A DNA stretch of 64,000 nucleotides from Geosiphon pyriformis uo1 (Eukaryota > Fungi > Glomeromycota), in NCBI GenBank assembly GCA_016748015.1, contig JAAOMT010000571.1:470582-534581 (forward strand), in the 5' to 3' direction. The notes beneath the pieces were generated by a model. The model saw nothing but the letters and a program-made list of their open reading frames with translations. It made no database searches and was not told the origin of the DNA. Position numbers and translations under genes: made by a program. Positions within the stretch are counted from its first letter, which is position 1, and each line of letters begins with the position of its first letter. Of the stretch, positions 40,815 to 52,949 are shown piece by piece.

Positions 40815-42292
40815 TGTTACTGGAAAATTTTCACACTTTTTAATGCAAAAATTACAACATATACAATAGAAATTAACATCAAAATCATGTAAAAAAAGCC
40901 TATATTATCACACTTAATCAACAAATCAACCAGCAATCTGAAAATAAATAATCAGCAATCAATCCAATTACAACAAAGAAATATAGCACAATCTAACAGT
41001 TTAACTAAGTTGGATACAAAGAAATCTTGGCAAACTAAGAAACACCAATAAAAATGAATGATTAATGCATGTAATCAGATAACAACAGGTTTTATTATGC
41101 TCCAAAATTCTCATATGCCTTTATTGAAACAATTTAACATTCCAGATCTGCAATCAATAGTTAAAAGTAGTTACCAAGAAATGTAATCAATTAATCTACT
41201 TCTGATTACATTGATCATAATCAAAATTGGTATTATCAATTTACAATTAATATTCTAAATCCAGCCATTTAAATCTGATCATTTAAAAATCACTAGCTTT
41301 GAGAAAATAACATGCCAAATAAGCTTATTATAAATTGATTAAATTAATATATATAAATAATTGATGTATTTTAAATAGTCTTAATATAGTATATAGATCT
41401 AATGTAATTTAGCTATATATACAGCTTCTCTGTCAGTTCAGAAAAGTATCAGTTCAATACTGAGCCAACTCTTTGCTATAGTTTTATAGTGAGCAGTTAA
41501 TTTTTTACTCTTACACTCTTTTTTTCTTTTTCTATGCTCTAAATACTTGTTATTACAATCTCAAGTATGTTTTCCCATATTCTTTATCATCATTTAGAAT
41601 TATGTTGTTTATAACCTTTTACTTACTTGTTATCACAATTTCAAGTATGCCTTCTCATATTCCTTATTACCATTTAGAATCACATTATTTATAACTTCTT
41701 ATCTATTTGTTAACAACATTATCAAGCTTTCTATTACTTCTGATTTTTCAAATCATATGTTATCACCATTTCACATTAAGTTTTGTTTTACCAAACAAGT
41801 TGTTTAAATATTAAAAATAAGTAATAAAGCATCACATTATTAGAAAGTAATTTCAACAATAAAAAGTTTAAATCTATTTCAGTTATGTTTTACTTTTACA
41901 ATCTTTTTATAATTCCTATAACTTCATTTTCAAAGTGGACATTTAAACACCACACCCTTTCGATGACTAATTAAAAAAATTCTGGTTACAATTTTTTTAA
42001 GTAGTTTTGGTTTCTCCTTGTTGCTGGTTGCACTTCTAATACATATAAAGAGATGTGACTTCTCTTTTTCTTTTTAAATACCTAAGACTGGTTCTTGCCC
42101 AAAAACAAATAATAATGACAATACTTTCTTTCACTTTTAATGACTTTATCACGTATCCCTTTTTGCTCTTCTATTTACTGAAATAGTTCATACACTCATG
42201 ATATGCTATAGTTAGTAGCATAATTATGATAATGGGTGTTACTAGTTGAGCTAAAAAATGTTTTCTAATACTAACAAAAACCACTGGTAACA
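40815..42292. mobile_element. 1478-bp insertion, probably a solo LTR of another family (E), inside the integrase of C; TSD GCAT/GTAT
   Basis: Termini TGTTACTGG...CTGGTAACA. The integrase frame TLYKA|LTKIS resumes after it. TATA-like box ~41413 and internal ~77-bp tandem duplication ~41543-41720. Confidence 0.85.
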
Positions 42293-43779
42293 GTATTAAC
42301 AAAAATAAGTTATAAAAATACATAAGAATAAGACTTATTTATACCTTCTGTATTATTTGCATACCAAACATTAAAGCAAAATACTATCCAGTTCACATCA
42401 TTTAAATTAGTTTATAGAAGAAAAGCTACCTTACTTATTGAACAAAAAATATTTTTTTTTCTTACAGAAACAATCACAAAAGAAAATTTTAAAGCTACTT
42501 TATACCAAAAAACATACTAGCTTATGAAGACATTGGAAAACAATTGTAGAACAGCAGCTGACAATATTAGTAACACTTAAGAATAACAAAAGAAAAACAT
42601 AATAATTGCCTCTTAGATCAACCAATGAAATTCAAGATTGGAAACCAAGTATTGTTACACTATACAAAAGCTGAGAAACAGTGGAGTGGAAAGTTTGACT
42701 CAAAGTAGGACAGTTTATTCCATATACACAAAGTTTTAGACAATGAAGCTTACAAATTATGATTGGAAGACAGAATTTTAAAAAAAGTAGTACATAAGAA
42801 TCAATTGAAAATTTATCATACAAAACAAGAGTTATTGTCATCTATATCTCAACTAGAAACACAAATTCTATTAATTAGACCAGAAAATATATTATAAGAT
42901 CTGGAACCAATTATTATTATCAACACATAATTGATATATAACTATTTAATTGGAAAATTTAAGTATATATAACCACTAAAACAACAAGACATTTGATAAA
43001 ACTTTTAACATAAACCTTTCAGATCAAATTCTAACTCTGTTAAAACAACTGTTTAATACAATCCAACAATTCTCAACCCAAATAAAAATTACAATTGATA
43101 AAAAAGAGATATAATATAGAGATAGAAGCAAAAAAGGGGTGAACAAAAGTTCAACTAAAACTAAACAATCTCATCTCTATGAACGATCCTTTTCTCACAA
43201 CAAACAAGAAAAAAAAAGTAGAGGAGAGACAAAAAAAAGAAAGAAATATATTGGACAAAGCTCAACACAATTAAAGAGAAGAAAAAAATGACAAAAATGA
43301 ATACATATTAAACAAAGCTCAAAGAAATTAAACAGGCTTTGAGCAAACAAATACTGAAACCAGTAACAAAAAAATAGACACCAGAAAATGCCAAAGTATA
43401 AAAAAAAAAACTGTCATTAATCTACTGGTTCTATAAGATTGGTGAACAACTAAGATTGAGTATATTATATAAAAACTGCAATTGTCAAATCTTTAACAAA
43501 AAAGTTTTTAAACAAGTAGAAAAATTCATAAGAAAAAGCAATTTAATATTACACTACAAAGCAATATACTGTTTATATTTAGCATTTAAATACTATTCAG
43601 CCATACTACTAAACAGCTCATTAACAACTATTATAGTTAACAACATAGAACAAATGATGAATAAACAATTTGAAAACCTATAAAAAGCAATACTAAATGT
43701 TATAATTAAACATTACACAGAAAACACAGATTTTACAAATACAATTTTGCAGAAGCTCAATTCTAAAAAAAAGAAATAA

Positions 43780-44787
43780 TGTTAGCTGAGTAAAAAACCA
43801 ATCCAAAATTATGGAGAAAACGTGACCAAAAATGTAATGACATAAAATAACACAGAATAACATAAAAAAACACAGAATAATGCATAATAACTCAGAATAA
43901 CATAATACAAAACTTGATAATATGTTATAGCACAAAATAGCTAATTAAAACATAAGATAACTAGTAATAACATAGAAAAATAAAACAATAACAAAAATAG
44001 TAAAGCAATAAATAACAAGAATAAAACAATTAAAAAAGCAATCCTGTAGAACCAAAAAGAATGTATAAAATGAATAATTGTAGAAGTTAAAAAAAAGACA
44101 GATAAACAAGAATCAATTTTTCTCTTTTTTATAAATATTATATTTTATGAAAATAAAAGATTTTTTTTGAAAAACTTAAAATTATTGATACATAATCATT
44201 AATTATTCTATGTTTGAATCAAACTAATCATTGTTTCATACTTTTGTTCTAAAACAGATGCTTTTAGCATAAATATCTCAAATTTTTAACAACTTAGACC
44301 AATCACTTTTAATTATGATAATTGACAATACTAATTTATTTTCTTTTATTTTCTTTTATTTCTTTTATTTTCTTTTATTTTCTTTTATTCTCTCTTGTAA
44401 AGTGGCAACACAGGAAAATCAACTGTTTGGGAATAGACTTCATAATAACTTAGTAAAAAAGGAAAGCTCCTCTTAAGTTTGAATATTAATATTATCTTGT
44501 CAGCTTACTAAAAAAATGAAAAGACACTGTTAGACCCTAGTGACTGCATTCAACTAGCTTGAAGAAAAAATCTTATATTAACAAGTTACAATATCATAAA
44601 ACTATAACTCTGTGTCTTATAACCAAAGAACTCCACAGGTAAATTCACCTCCAATAAAAGATCTTTAAAGACTAATAAACCAGACACAACAGGCAAATTT
44701 ATAAAAAAAATTTTCAAAGCTCTCTTTAATCCAAAAAGTCAAAGCACCATATGTTATTACTATACTCTGTTAAGTTTACTCATAACA
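43780..44787 (+). repeat. 3' LTR of element C
   Basis: TGTTAG...CATAACA, aligning with 25244-25389 and 34050-34789. Preceded by a purine tract. Confidence 0.9.
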
Positions 44788-47700
44788 TCACATACAACAA
44801 AACTAAAGATTGGTAATAGTTATGTACCAACCAATTTCTAATTCCTTAAATTAGATATTAGAATCACACCCAAGAAATTCAAAAAGTGAATACTCTCAAA
44901 ACCTGAATTTTCAAAACTATTTAAGTCTCTTGGCTATAACAAAAAACAAGTTATCCAATAATTTGAAAATTAATTAACAACTACTTATTAACAACATCTT
45001 ACCAACAACCATCACAGAAAACAAATCACTAGTCATTATCTTCCTATTTGAATTGGAAAATCAATCAGAAACCCTGTTATTTAGTAGAGTTATTTTTGAC
45101 ACCAAACTGATCACCATTATATATATTAATGCCAAAATTGATGACCAATCTATCAAGCTAATCCTTGATAATAAGTTAGCAAACAGCATAATTACATAAC
45201 AACTTATAGACCAATTAGGTTGTTAAGTTAATTATATTGCCAGTACCAAAATTATTATAGCTGATGAAGTAACTAAAACTTTTATTGGCAAAATTGACAA
45301 TTTTTCTTTTAAAGTTAACAGTATTATCATGTTAATCAAAGTTCTAGTTATAAAAGCTACACAATATCAAGCTTTTATTAGTAATAACTGGCTATTTAAG
45401 ACCAATACTGTATTTAACTAGACTATACAAAAACTACAGCTTAGTCAAAATAATTAGTATACTTAGGTACCAGCTATTTGCAATTATTTCAAAACAACTT
45501 TATTATAATCATTAATTAAATTTGAAAAAAAATAAACAAACTTATTTAAGAAGCTTATTAAGTTTTATGAGCTGACAACAATTATAATAAGCTATTATCA
45601 ATACTCTCTTGGAACAAAAAAAAAAGAAAAAAAAAACAAATCTCAAAACATTACTATTACTGAAAAAACATTCAACAGCTAACATATATCCTATTTATTA
45701 AAACTAAGAAAAGAATCATCTTATATCTTATTTAAATGTATTGATTATAAAAAAAAACTTTTATTCATAGAAGCTTGAATCTTACTAAAAGAAAACTACT
45801 AGATATATACTCACTACTATTATAAATCATATTACAAAGAATGCTTTGGTTATCCAAAATAACAAAAAAAGTAAAATAACAAACCATGTCTTATTTGTAA
45901 AGAAACCTTATTTAATAAAGAAATATAGAACAATATTCTTGGTTAAGAAGAAACATACAACATATTGTGTTAATACATAATTCTTATTAATAACTGGATA
46001 AGCAGAAAAACACTATTCAATGCTATATAGAACTGAATGTTTTTATATTTAAATGGTTATCCATATGATAAAAATAAAATCTGACAAATAGCAAGTGCCA
46101 AAATCAAAGGTGTTTTACCTAATAAAATATTTGCTATTAAAAATAACTCACTAAAACTCATCAAAACCATTCTTATTCCAAATCCAAACATTTTTGTTAA
46201 CATTTTAAGTAATTCAAAACAATTTTACAAACACTACCAAGATTTAGCACCCATCTGAAAAGAACAAAAGCAGTATTTAAAATAATTAAATATTAGACTC
46301 TGTAAATATTGTCTAATTTTTAGTGACTTTAAATATTGTGACAATTGTAATTTTATTTACAATCCACTATTATGCATAATATATTTAATTTCTAAAAAGG
46401 AAAAACCAATTAGTAAGTGTGCTTTGGAATTAAAATTAAAATTCAATTATAATTCAGATTCCAATAATAATAACAACAATAGTTTCAACTTTGTTCACAA
46501 TGACAACAACAACAACAATAATAATTTCAATCTTAATTCTAACTTTGAACAATATATTACACTTTCAGATCTTTCAAAAAAGCAGAAACTTAAATAGTTC
46601 AGCAATAATAATAAAAATATTATACCAAAACGTATATATAATACTAATACAGAATTTGATCTTAGATATTTGAAAAAAACTGTTATTAGATTAGAACCTT
46701 ATTTGCATACCAACATAGATCTGAAAATAACACTAGAAATTTCAGCAATAACTATAATCCAATTAGTTTCTAGATCTAATTTAGCAAAAAAAAGATTAAT
46801 ATTAAAGAAGAAATAATTAACACAGGATATGTAAAAAATATTATTGTAATATTACAAAATAACTCAGAAAAAAAATATATTATTAAACCAAATAAAAAGA
46901 TAACACAGACAATATTCCTGTTTCTAATTAAAATAGCTTAATTAATATTAATAGAAATGAAGAAAGAGTTAAAAATTATGACAAGAAAAATAAAAAAATT
47001 CAAATCTACAGATAGAATAAAAATACCAGTCAATATAATAGAAAAAAAAACTATTAATAAGAAAAAAATTATCTCTATCAATTAATTTATTTCTATTCTA
47101 TCATATGACCAGTATATGTAAATTATAGAGAGAAAAGTGAAGGATCAACTCCAGATTTTTGAAGCTAAGCCAAACATTTGTGAGTTAAAAAAAATTGGCA
47201 TTACCAATCTTTACATACCAGCCAAAAATCACAAACACATTAAGATATCAATATATAATACAACTAAAAACCTCATAAAAATACCAAATAAAACTATTAT
47301 TGGATATTTAAGTATTAAAATTAAAAGTTAATCACCAACAACCATTCCAAATTTTTCACAACTTTGTGAATATGTGGATATTACATCACAAACAATTTAT
47401 AGACAAGAATATTATTTGTTACAATTAAAATAGTTAGAGCAAATAAACTTAGGAAATTTAGACTCACTTTAATATATGCAATTTAAAATGCTACTTAATA
47501 ATTTTACTAATATTTTTGCTAATGAAAACAAATTTGGCAAAACTGATATCATCTAATACCAGATTAAAACTGAAAATGCTATGTCAATCAAACAAAAAGC
47601 ATACAAAGTACTACTTGCTAATTATAAAATTATTTAACAAGAAATTAACTAAATATTAAACAATGAGTTAATTTAATTATCAATAAGTTTATGGTTTTTA

Positions 47701-48787
47701 CCAGTAGTATTTGTACAAAAAAAAATAGAAAATCCACTTTTGTGTAAACTACCAAAAACTTAATAGTGTTATTTATAGAGACAGTTATCTGACTTTACAG
47801 ATCTAAGAGTTATTTAATGCTTTTAAAAAAAAAATGGTTCTCAATATTAAACTTAAATAGTGGTTATTAACAAGTAGTTATGAATTTAGCTAATAAGAAG
47901 AAAACAGCATTTATCACTAGAGAAAAAAATTTTGAATTTAATATTATATTATTTGACTTAACTAATATTTCAGTCATCTTTTAACAACTCATAAAAATTG
48001 TATACACTAAATTGCTATGAAAATTTATAGTAGTCTACTTGAATGATACCAACATGTTTTCCAAAACATTTAACAATTATCTCTATTATTTTTAACAAAT
48101 GTTTGAAAGATTAAAAAGAGCCAGACTAAAATTAAATGCTACTAAATGCTTCTTTGAGAAAACAAAACTCAAGTTTTTGGAACATGTCATGAACAAAAAC
48201 AACATTAAAACAGATCCAAACAAAATTAAAATAGTTAAAAACTTTTCAGTACCAATAAACTTAACAGAATTAAAAGTATTCTTAAAATTTACCAAATACT
48301 ATTGCTATTTTATTCAAAACTTTTCTAAACTGATACAATCATTTCACCAGCTCCAAACAAAGAATGTTCAATATAAATAAATTGAAAACCAACAAAAAGC
48401 TTTTAATATCTTAAAAAAAAAGCTTCATTTAAGCCCCAGTATTAATCTATTCAGATTATAACAAGTCATTTATTATTATTACTGATGTATCTGGTCAAGC
48501 ATTGGAAGCTGTATTATTACAAAAAAAGACAAATAGATAAAAACATCTAGTAGCATATACCAGCTAAAATTTAAGTCCAGCCAAGAAAAATTATAAAATT
48601 TTACTATTAGAACATTTAACTATTTATTGGACTGTTATTAAATAGAAAAAATATTTGAATTAAAAGTTTGATGTATACATTAATCACAAAAGATTAATAT
48701 TAATTCAAAAACAAAAATTTGAAGATGATTGCCATATAAGATAAAAAATAGAATTATTACTATTTAATTATACTGTACATTATCACC

Positions 48788-50114
48788 TATTAGTTAATCA
48801 AATTATCAAATATTACTATTCAATTAATAATCCAATTTATACTATAAAAATTAAGATAATCAAATTACACAATACTCTGAATCATTTAATATAATCAAAA
48901 TTCGCCAAAATTGATGAAAATGGCCAAAATAATCAATAATTCATAGAAATAATTTGTAGTTTGCTGAAATATATCTTTGATTTGCCAAAATTATAGCAAA
49001 AAAAAAAGTGCAAGTTTAAAGATTAGTATTATAACAAGTTGTATAAAAGAAGAGCTTCTCTTTTTAAGAAAATATATCTTATCTTACTTTAAATATTTTA
49101 ATTAAAACGAATCATCTCTTATATATTTTTACAAAATTAAATAAAAATTAAAATATTCAAAAAACCAAATCCTTAATTATTATACTTAAAATTCACAAAA
49201 ACTCAACTAACATTTTAAAATTGATTAACTACTAATTTCAATAATCTGTTAGTGACTCCATGCCTAAATAAAAAACGTTTTCCTTAAGAAAATTCTATTT
49301 CTTTTACATTTTTTTTATTTTTTTTATTATAATTATTAGAATAGCCTATAGACAAAATTTCTGTAAAAGAGTTAACTTTTACAGCAAAGTAACTACATAT
49401 TTTTGGTAAGCTTCCAGACAAGCAATTCCTGAAAAAGAGTTGACATTTACTACAACGTAACTACACAAAGTAACTAACACAGAATTGGCTATTTCACTTA
49501 TAAACCCAGCAGTTCAAATTATAGGAAATAATTTGAAGATAAATTCAGTTATTAAAAGTTCAACTACTTCCTTTAGTTATAAATTCACAGCAAACAAACA
49601 TTAATAACATTAAAAAAAGAGACCAAAAATTTTCAATAACATTTGGTGCTCTTCTATAGAAACAACACAACAACAACAAATTCAAAGTGATAACTCTAGC
49701 AGACACAACAACTCTAGAGTATTATCAGTTAATTTATATTTACTGCAAGCAAAGATTTAACATCCAAAACTAAATTAAAGTTTTTAAGAAATCACTGTAC
49801 CAATACATTAAAAACTGTATTAACAATTATCTTTTTGGAAACTACAATATTTCAGAAGTTAAAGGCAATCTCTACAAAAATTTATTGCACTATTCTTACT
49901 TAGGAACTGAAAATCTTAACAGTAAAATACTTAACACCTACTTTTAAGAACTTAACTACAATATTATTCAGTATTGTGAAAAAAAATACCCTGTACAATC
50001 TAAATTCTCTTTTGGTTTTGAATTAAAAACTAAAACAAGTAATAAAGACAAACAAAAATTAAAGCAACACTTAAGAACTGCTCTCAATACTTTGAAAACA
50101 CCAAAGATAACTGC
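48788..50114 (+). mobile_element. LTR element F, 5' part (LTR ~48788-49641, PBS-like 49642-49660, gag N-terminus), interrupted by G
   Basis: RNase H of element 1 stops abruptly. TATTA...CAATAACA is followed by TTTGGTGCTC and a decayed ORF (YCKQRFNI...KKSLYQYIKNCINNYLFGNY). The left boundary is uncertain by about 10 bp. Confidence 0.7.
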
Positions 50115-52263
50115 TGTTACTCATAGAATATACGAAATATATATTAGCATAAATTAGCCAATTAGAAATAACCATAGTAAATGTGGAATTCCAGGATTCT
50201 TGTATAAGGAATTCCAGGATTCTAAAATTTCAGAATTCTTTCCAAGAGAAATTGCAGAATTTCAGGAATTCCAGAATTTCTGGTGTGAGAAATTAAGAAA
50301 TTGAAGAATCTCAATTATGTATATATAGCAGTAGTGTTAGAAGGAGAAAAAAAGAACAGAATCTTTTTAGTTAGAAACTTTCCAGTTTAAATTTGATCTA
50401 AGCAATCTTCCATTCACAAATATCAATAAATAATTATTCACTATCTCAATCCACTCTTTACTATTAACTCTTCATGTTGATAGTAATTGATACTTAATCA
50501 CACAAAAACAATAGCTCTTGATTACAGCTATTGATGGAATACTAACTTGCAATTGCTTTTGTTTATTTCTTTATCTTCTTTTATTTTTTTTATTTCTTTT
50601 GTATTTCTTGTTGGTTGACTAATTGATTAAAAATTAAAGTGCTGAGTTACAGATGTTATAGGGACTGGTAAAAGACCTGTGAAACAAGGGTAAAACACTC
50701 ATAGATTTGAGAATAGCTTATTAGGAAGATTACCAGCCACCACGCTGAGAAAAAAATTTGATGGAATTGCAATTCTGGGAGACTACTGAAACAACTATTA
50801 AATCTCTATCCATTATACAAAGAACTCTGCAACAAAACCTTCAGATCAATCAAATCTTCAGAGATCAACACTAGAATACCAATCAAGCACCAAATTACGA
50901 ATTTGTTATTGGCTTTAAGACCCTAAATAAACATCTATAACATTTGGTGCTCCCTGTGAGGTATAATCCTACAAAGAACCAGCACCAACAACAATTATCC
51001 AAAAGTGGCAGAATCAGAAATCATAGGAGCAAACCATTTAGGATTTGCCAAATTCTTGTTTCAACAATACAGCCAACAATTAGGATTAAATAATAACTAC
51101 TTCCCAGCAGAATCAGCCTTTAATTTTTACATCAATGATAAAATCACAGACTGCTTAGGAAGAATAGTTAACATTGAATCCACAAGAAAAAACTTTTATA
51201 CAGAATTATTTCAACACACCAGCTTACCAAGAAACTACAGTTTCACACCAATCATCAGAGAAATCAATCAAACTATTGAAAGGTACACACAACAACAATT
51301 CCCTATTATCTATACAGACAAAGACAAAGGAAGATTGCAAATACCAGCAGTAACACCAAAACAAATACAACCACCTACTTAAAAGAAAACCAAAGTTGAA
51401 TTACCAACAAACTCATCATACTACTATACACCCAGTGTTACAGGTAACTATTTCAGGTGTTGGATTAAATAACAAACCCATAACTTGGTGCTCAAATCTA
51501 ATTGCAGTTGATAGTGATCTGAAGATTTGTGTCTGAAAGGTTTGTATCTGAAGAGTTTGGTTGAGTTCTTTGTATAATGGACAGAGATTCAATGATAATA
51601 GTTTTATCCATGGCTTCCTGAAACTGCAGTTTTGTCAATTTTTTTCTCAGCTTGATGGCCAGTATTCCTCCTAGTAAGCTATTTTCAATCGAGTGTTCTA
51701 TCCTTATTTCTGGGTCTTTTACCAGTCACGTTTATCCTGATGTCAGTACCCCATGCATTAATCCTCAATAGAGTTAGTAAACAACAGTAAAATTAAAGCA
51801 AAAAATAAAGAAAAGAAAAGAAAATAAAGAAAGAAAAGAAATAAGCCAAGGCAATTTGCAAGTTAGTATTTTGTCAATAGCCATAATCAAGAGCTATTGT
51901 TCCAGTATGGTTAAGTATTAATTACTATTAAAATGAAGTATTGATAGTGGCAGCAGATTTGAGATAACAAACAGTTATTTATTTGTGATTTGGAAAGTTG
52001 TCCAAATAAAATCTAAACTAAGAGATCTGTCTTTTTAGCTTCTAATCCTATTGCTATATATACATAATTGAGATTCCTCAATTCCTCAATTCTTCACAAC
52101 AGGAATCCTGGGATTCTTTGTAAGAATCCTGTAATTCCTGGAATCCTGCAATTTCTGAGAGGAATCCTGGAATTCCATATTTTACTATGTCTACTTCTGA
52201 TTGGTTAATAACTATGCTAATATATATTTCCTATATTTCTATTAGTAACATTATTTTTTTCTT

Positions 52264-52923
52264 TTAATATTGAGCTCTGTCAAAATCTAACTCTGTTAAT
52301 TCTCTTTCTTAAAGTATTTCCTGAATTTCATTTTTGAGAATTACTTGTGTTATTTGAGTCTGTAATTTTTCAAATTGAGTGTTGGTGATCTTTCCTAATT
52401 GATTACTGGTAACTGTATCTATTGCTTTGTTGAGTAAGATTTCTGGTTGATCCTAAAATGCTATGTGTATTTGGTATATGGCTTGGGCCTGTGTAGATAA
52501 GTTGTTCTTTCCCAAAAAATTTTCTAATTGTTGTAGTATTCTTGTATCGAATAATTGCTTTGTTTTATCCATATATAGATTCTGGATATTCACATGTTGT
52601 CCCAAGTAAAAATAACAATAGTTTTTTGGAAATTGTTGTATCCACCAATTCCAAGTTTCTTTAGTTAACTCTTGGTATAGTGACTTTTTTGTCAACTCTT
52701 TTATTGCTAATTTTACTTTCACAATAATTTTGTTAATGGTATTTTCTGTTTTCTTCTGTGTTCTATGTGGTGATGTCTTTTTAGTGTCTTGATATCAGAT
52801 GGTTTGTTGATTAATTGTAATTTTCATCTCTTGGTGTTGAATCAATTGAAAGAGTTGTTGTGCTAGTGAGTAGATGTTGTCTGTAATTTTTATTTTTCTG
52901 ATATTTCTTGTTATGTCTACCAT
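52264..52923 (-). pseudogene. Accessory ORF 3' of integrase (219 aa once four TAA/TAG are read as Gln)
   Basis: AAAAAC ATG G start at 52923, in frame with ORF 52453-52722, ending FDRAQY* next to the PPT. Homologous segment in element C (~43400-43764). Confidence 0.75.
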
Positions 52924-52949
52924 GTTTTTATATATTCTTTTGATGGATT

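Larger units (their letters stand above)
25244..44787 (+). mobile_element. LTR element C (complete but degenerate Ty3/Gypsy with dUTPase), inserted in the gag of element 1; TSD TTAC/TCAC
   Basis: 5' LTR 25244-25389 plus 34050-34789, PBS 34790-34808, gag from ~34852, CYYCQKPKHIA*DC ~35954, protease ~36615, CxxC domain 37177-37765, dUTPase ~37965-38362, RT ~39000-39720, RNase H to ~40170, integrase ~40260-42900 (split by solo LTR E), 3' ORF to 43764, PPT, 3' LTR 43780-44787. Confidence 0.9.
22461..48787 (+). mobile_element. LTR element 1 (Ty3/Gypsy, LTR family A), heavily mutated. Own sequence is 22461-25243 and 44788-48787; interrupted by elements C and F; 3' end not in window
   Basis: 5' LTR 22461-23274, PBS 23275-23292, gag with knuckle ~24920-24961, protease LILDNKLANS ~45158, CxxC domain 45736-46348, dUTPase relic ~46620-47012, RT (YLND ~48035), RNase H to 48787. 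Confidence 0.88.
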
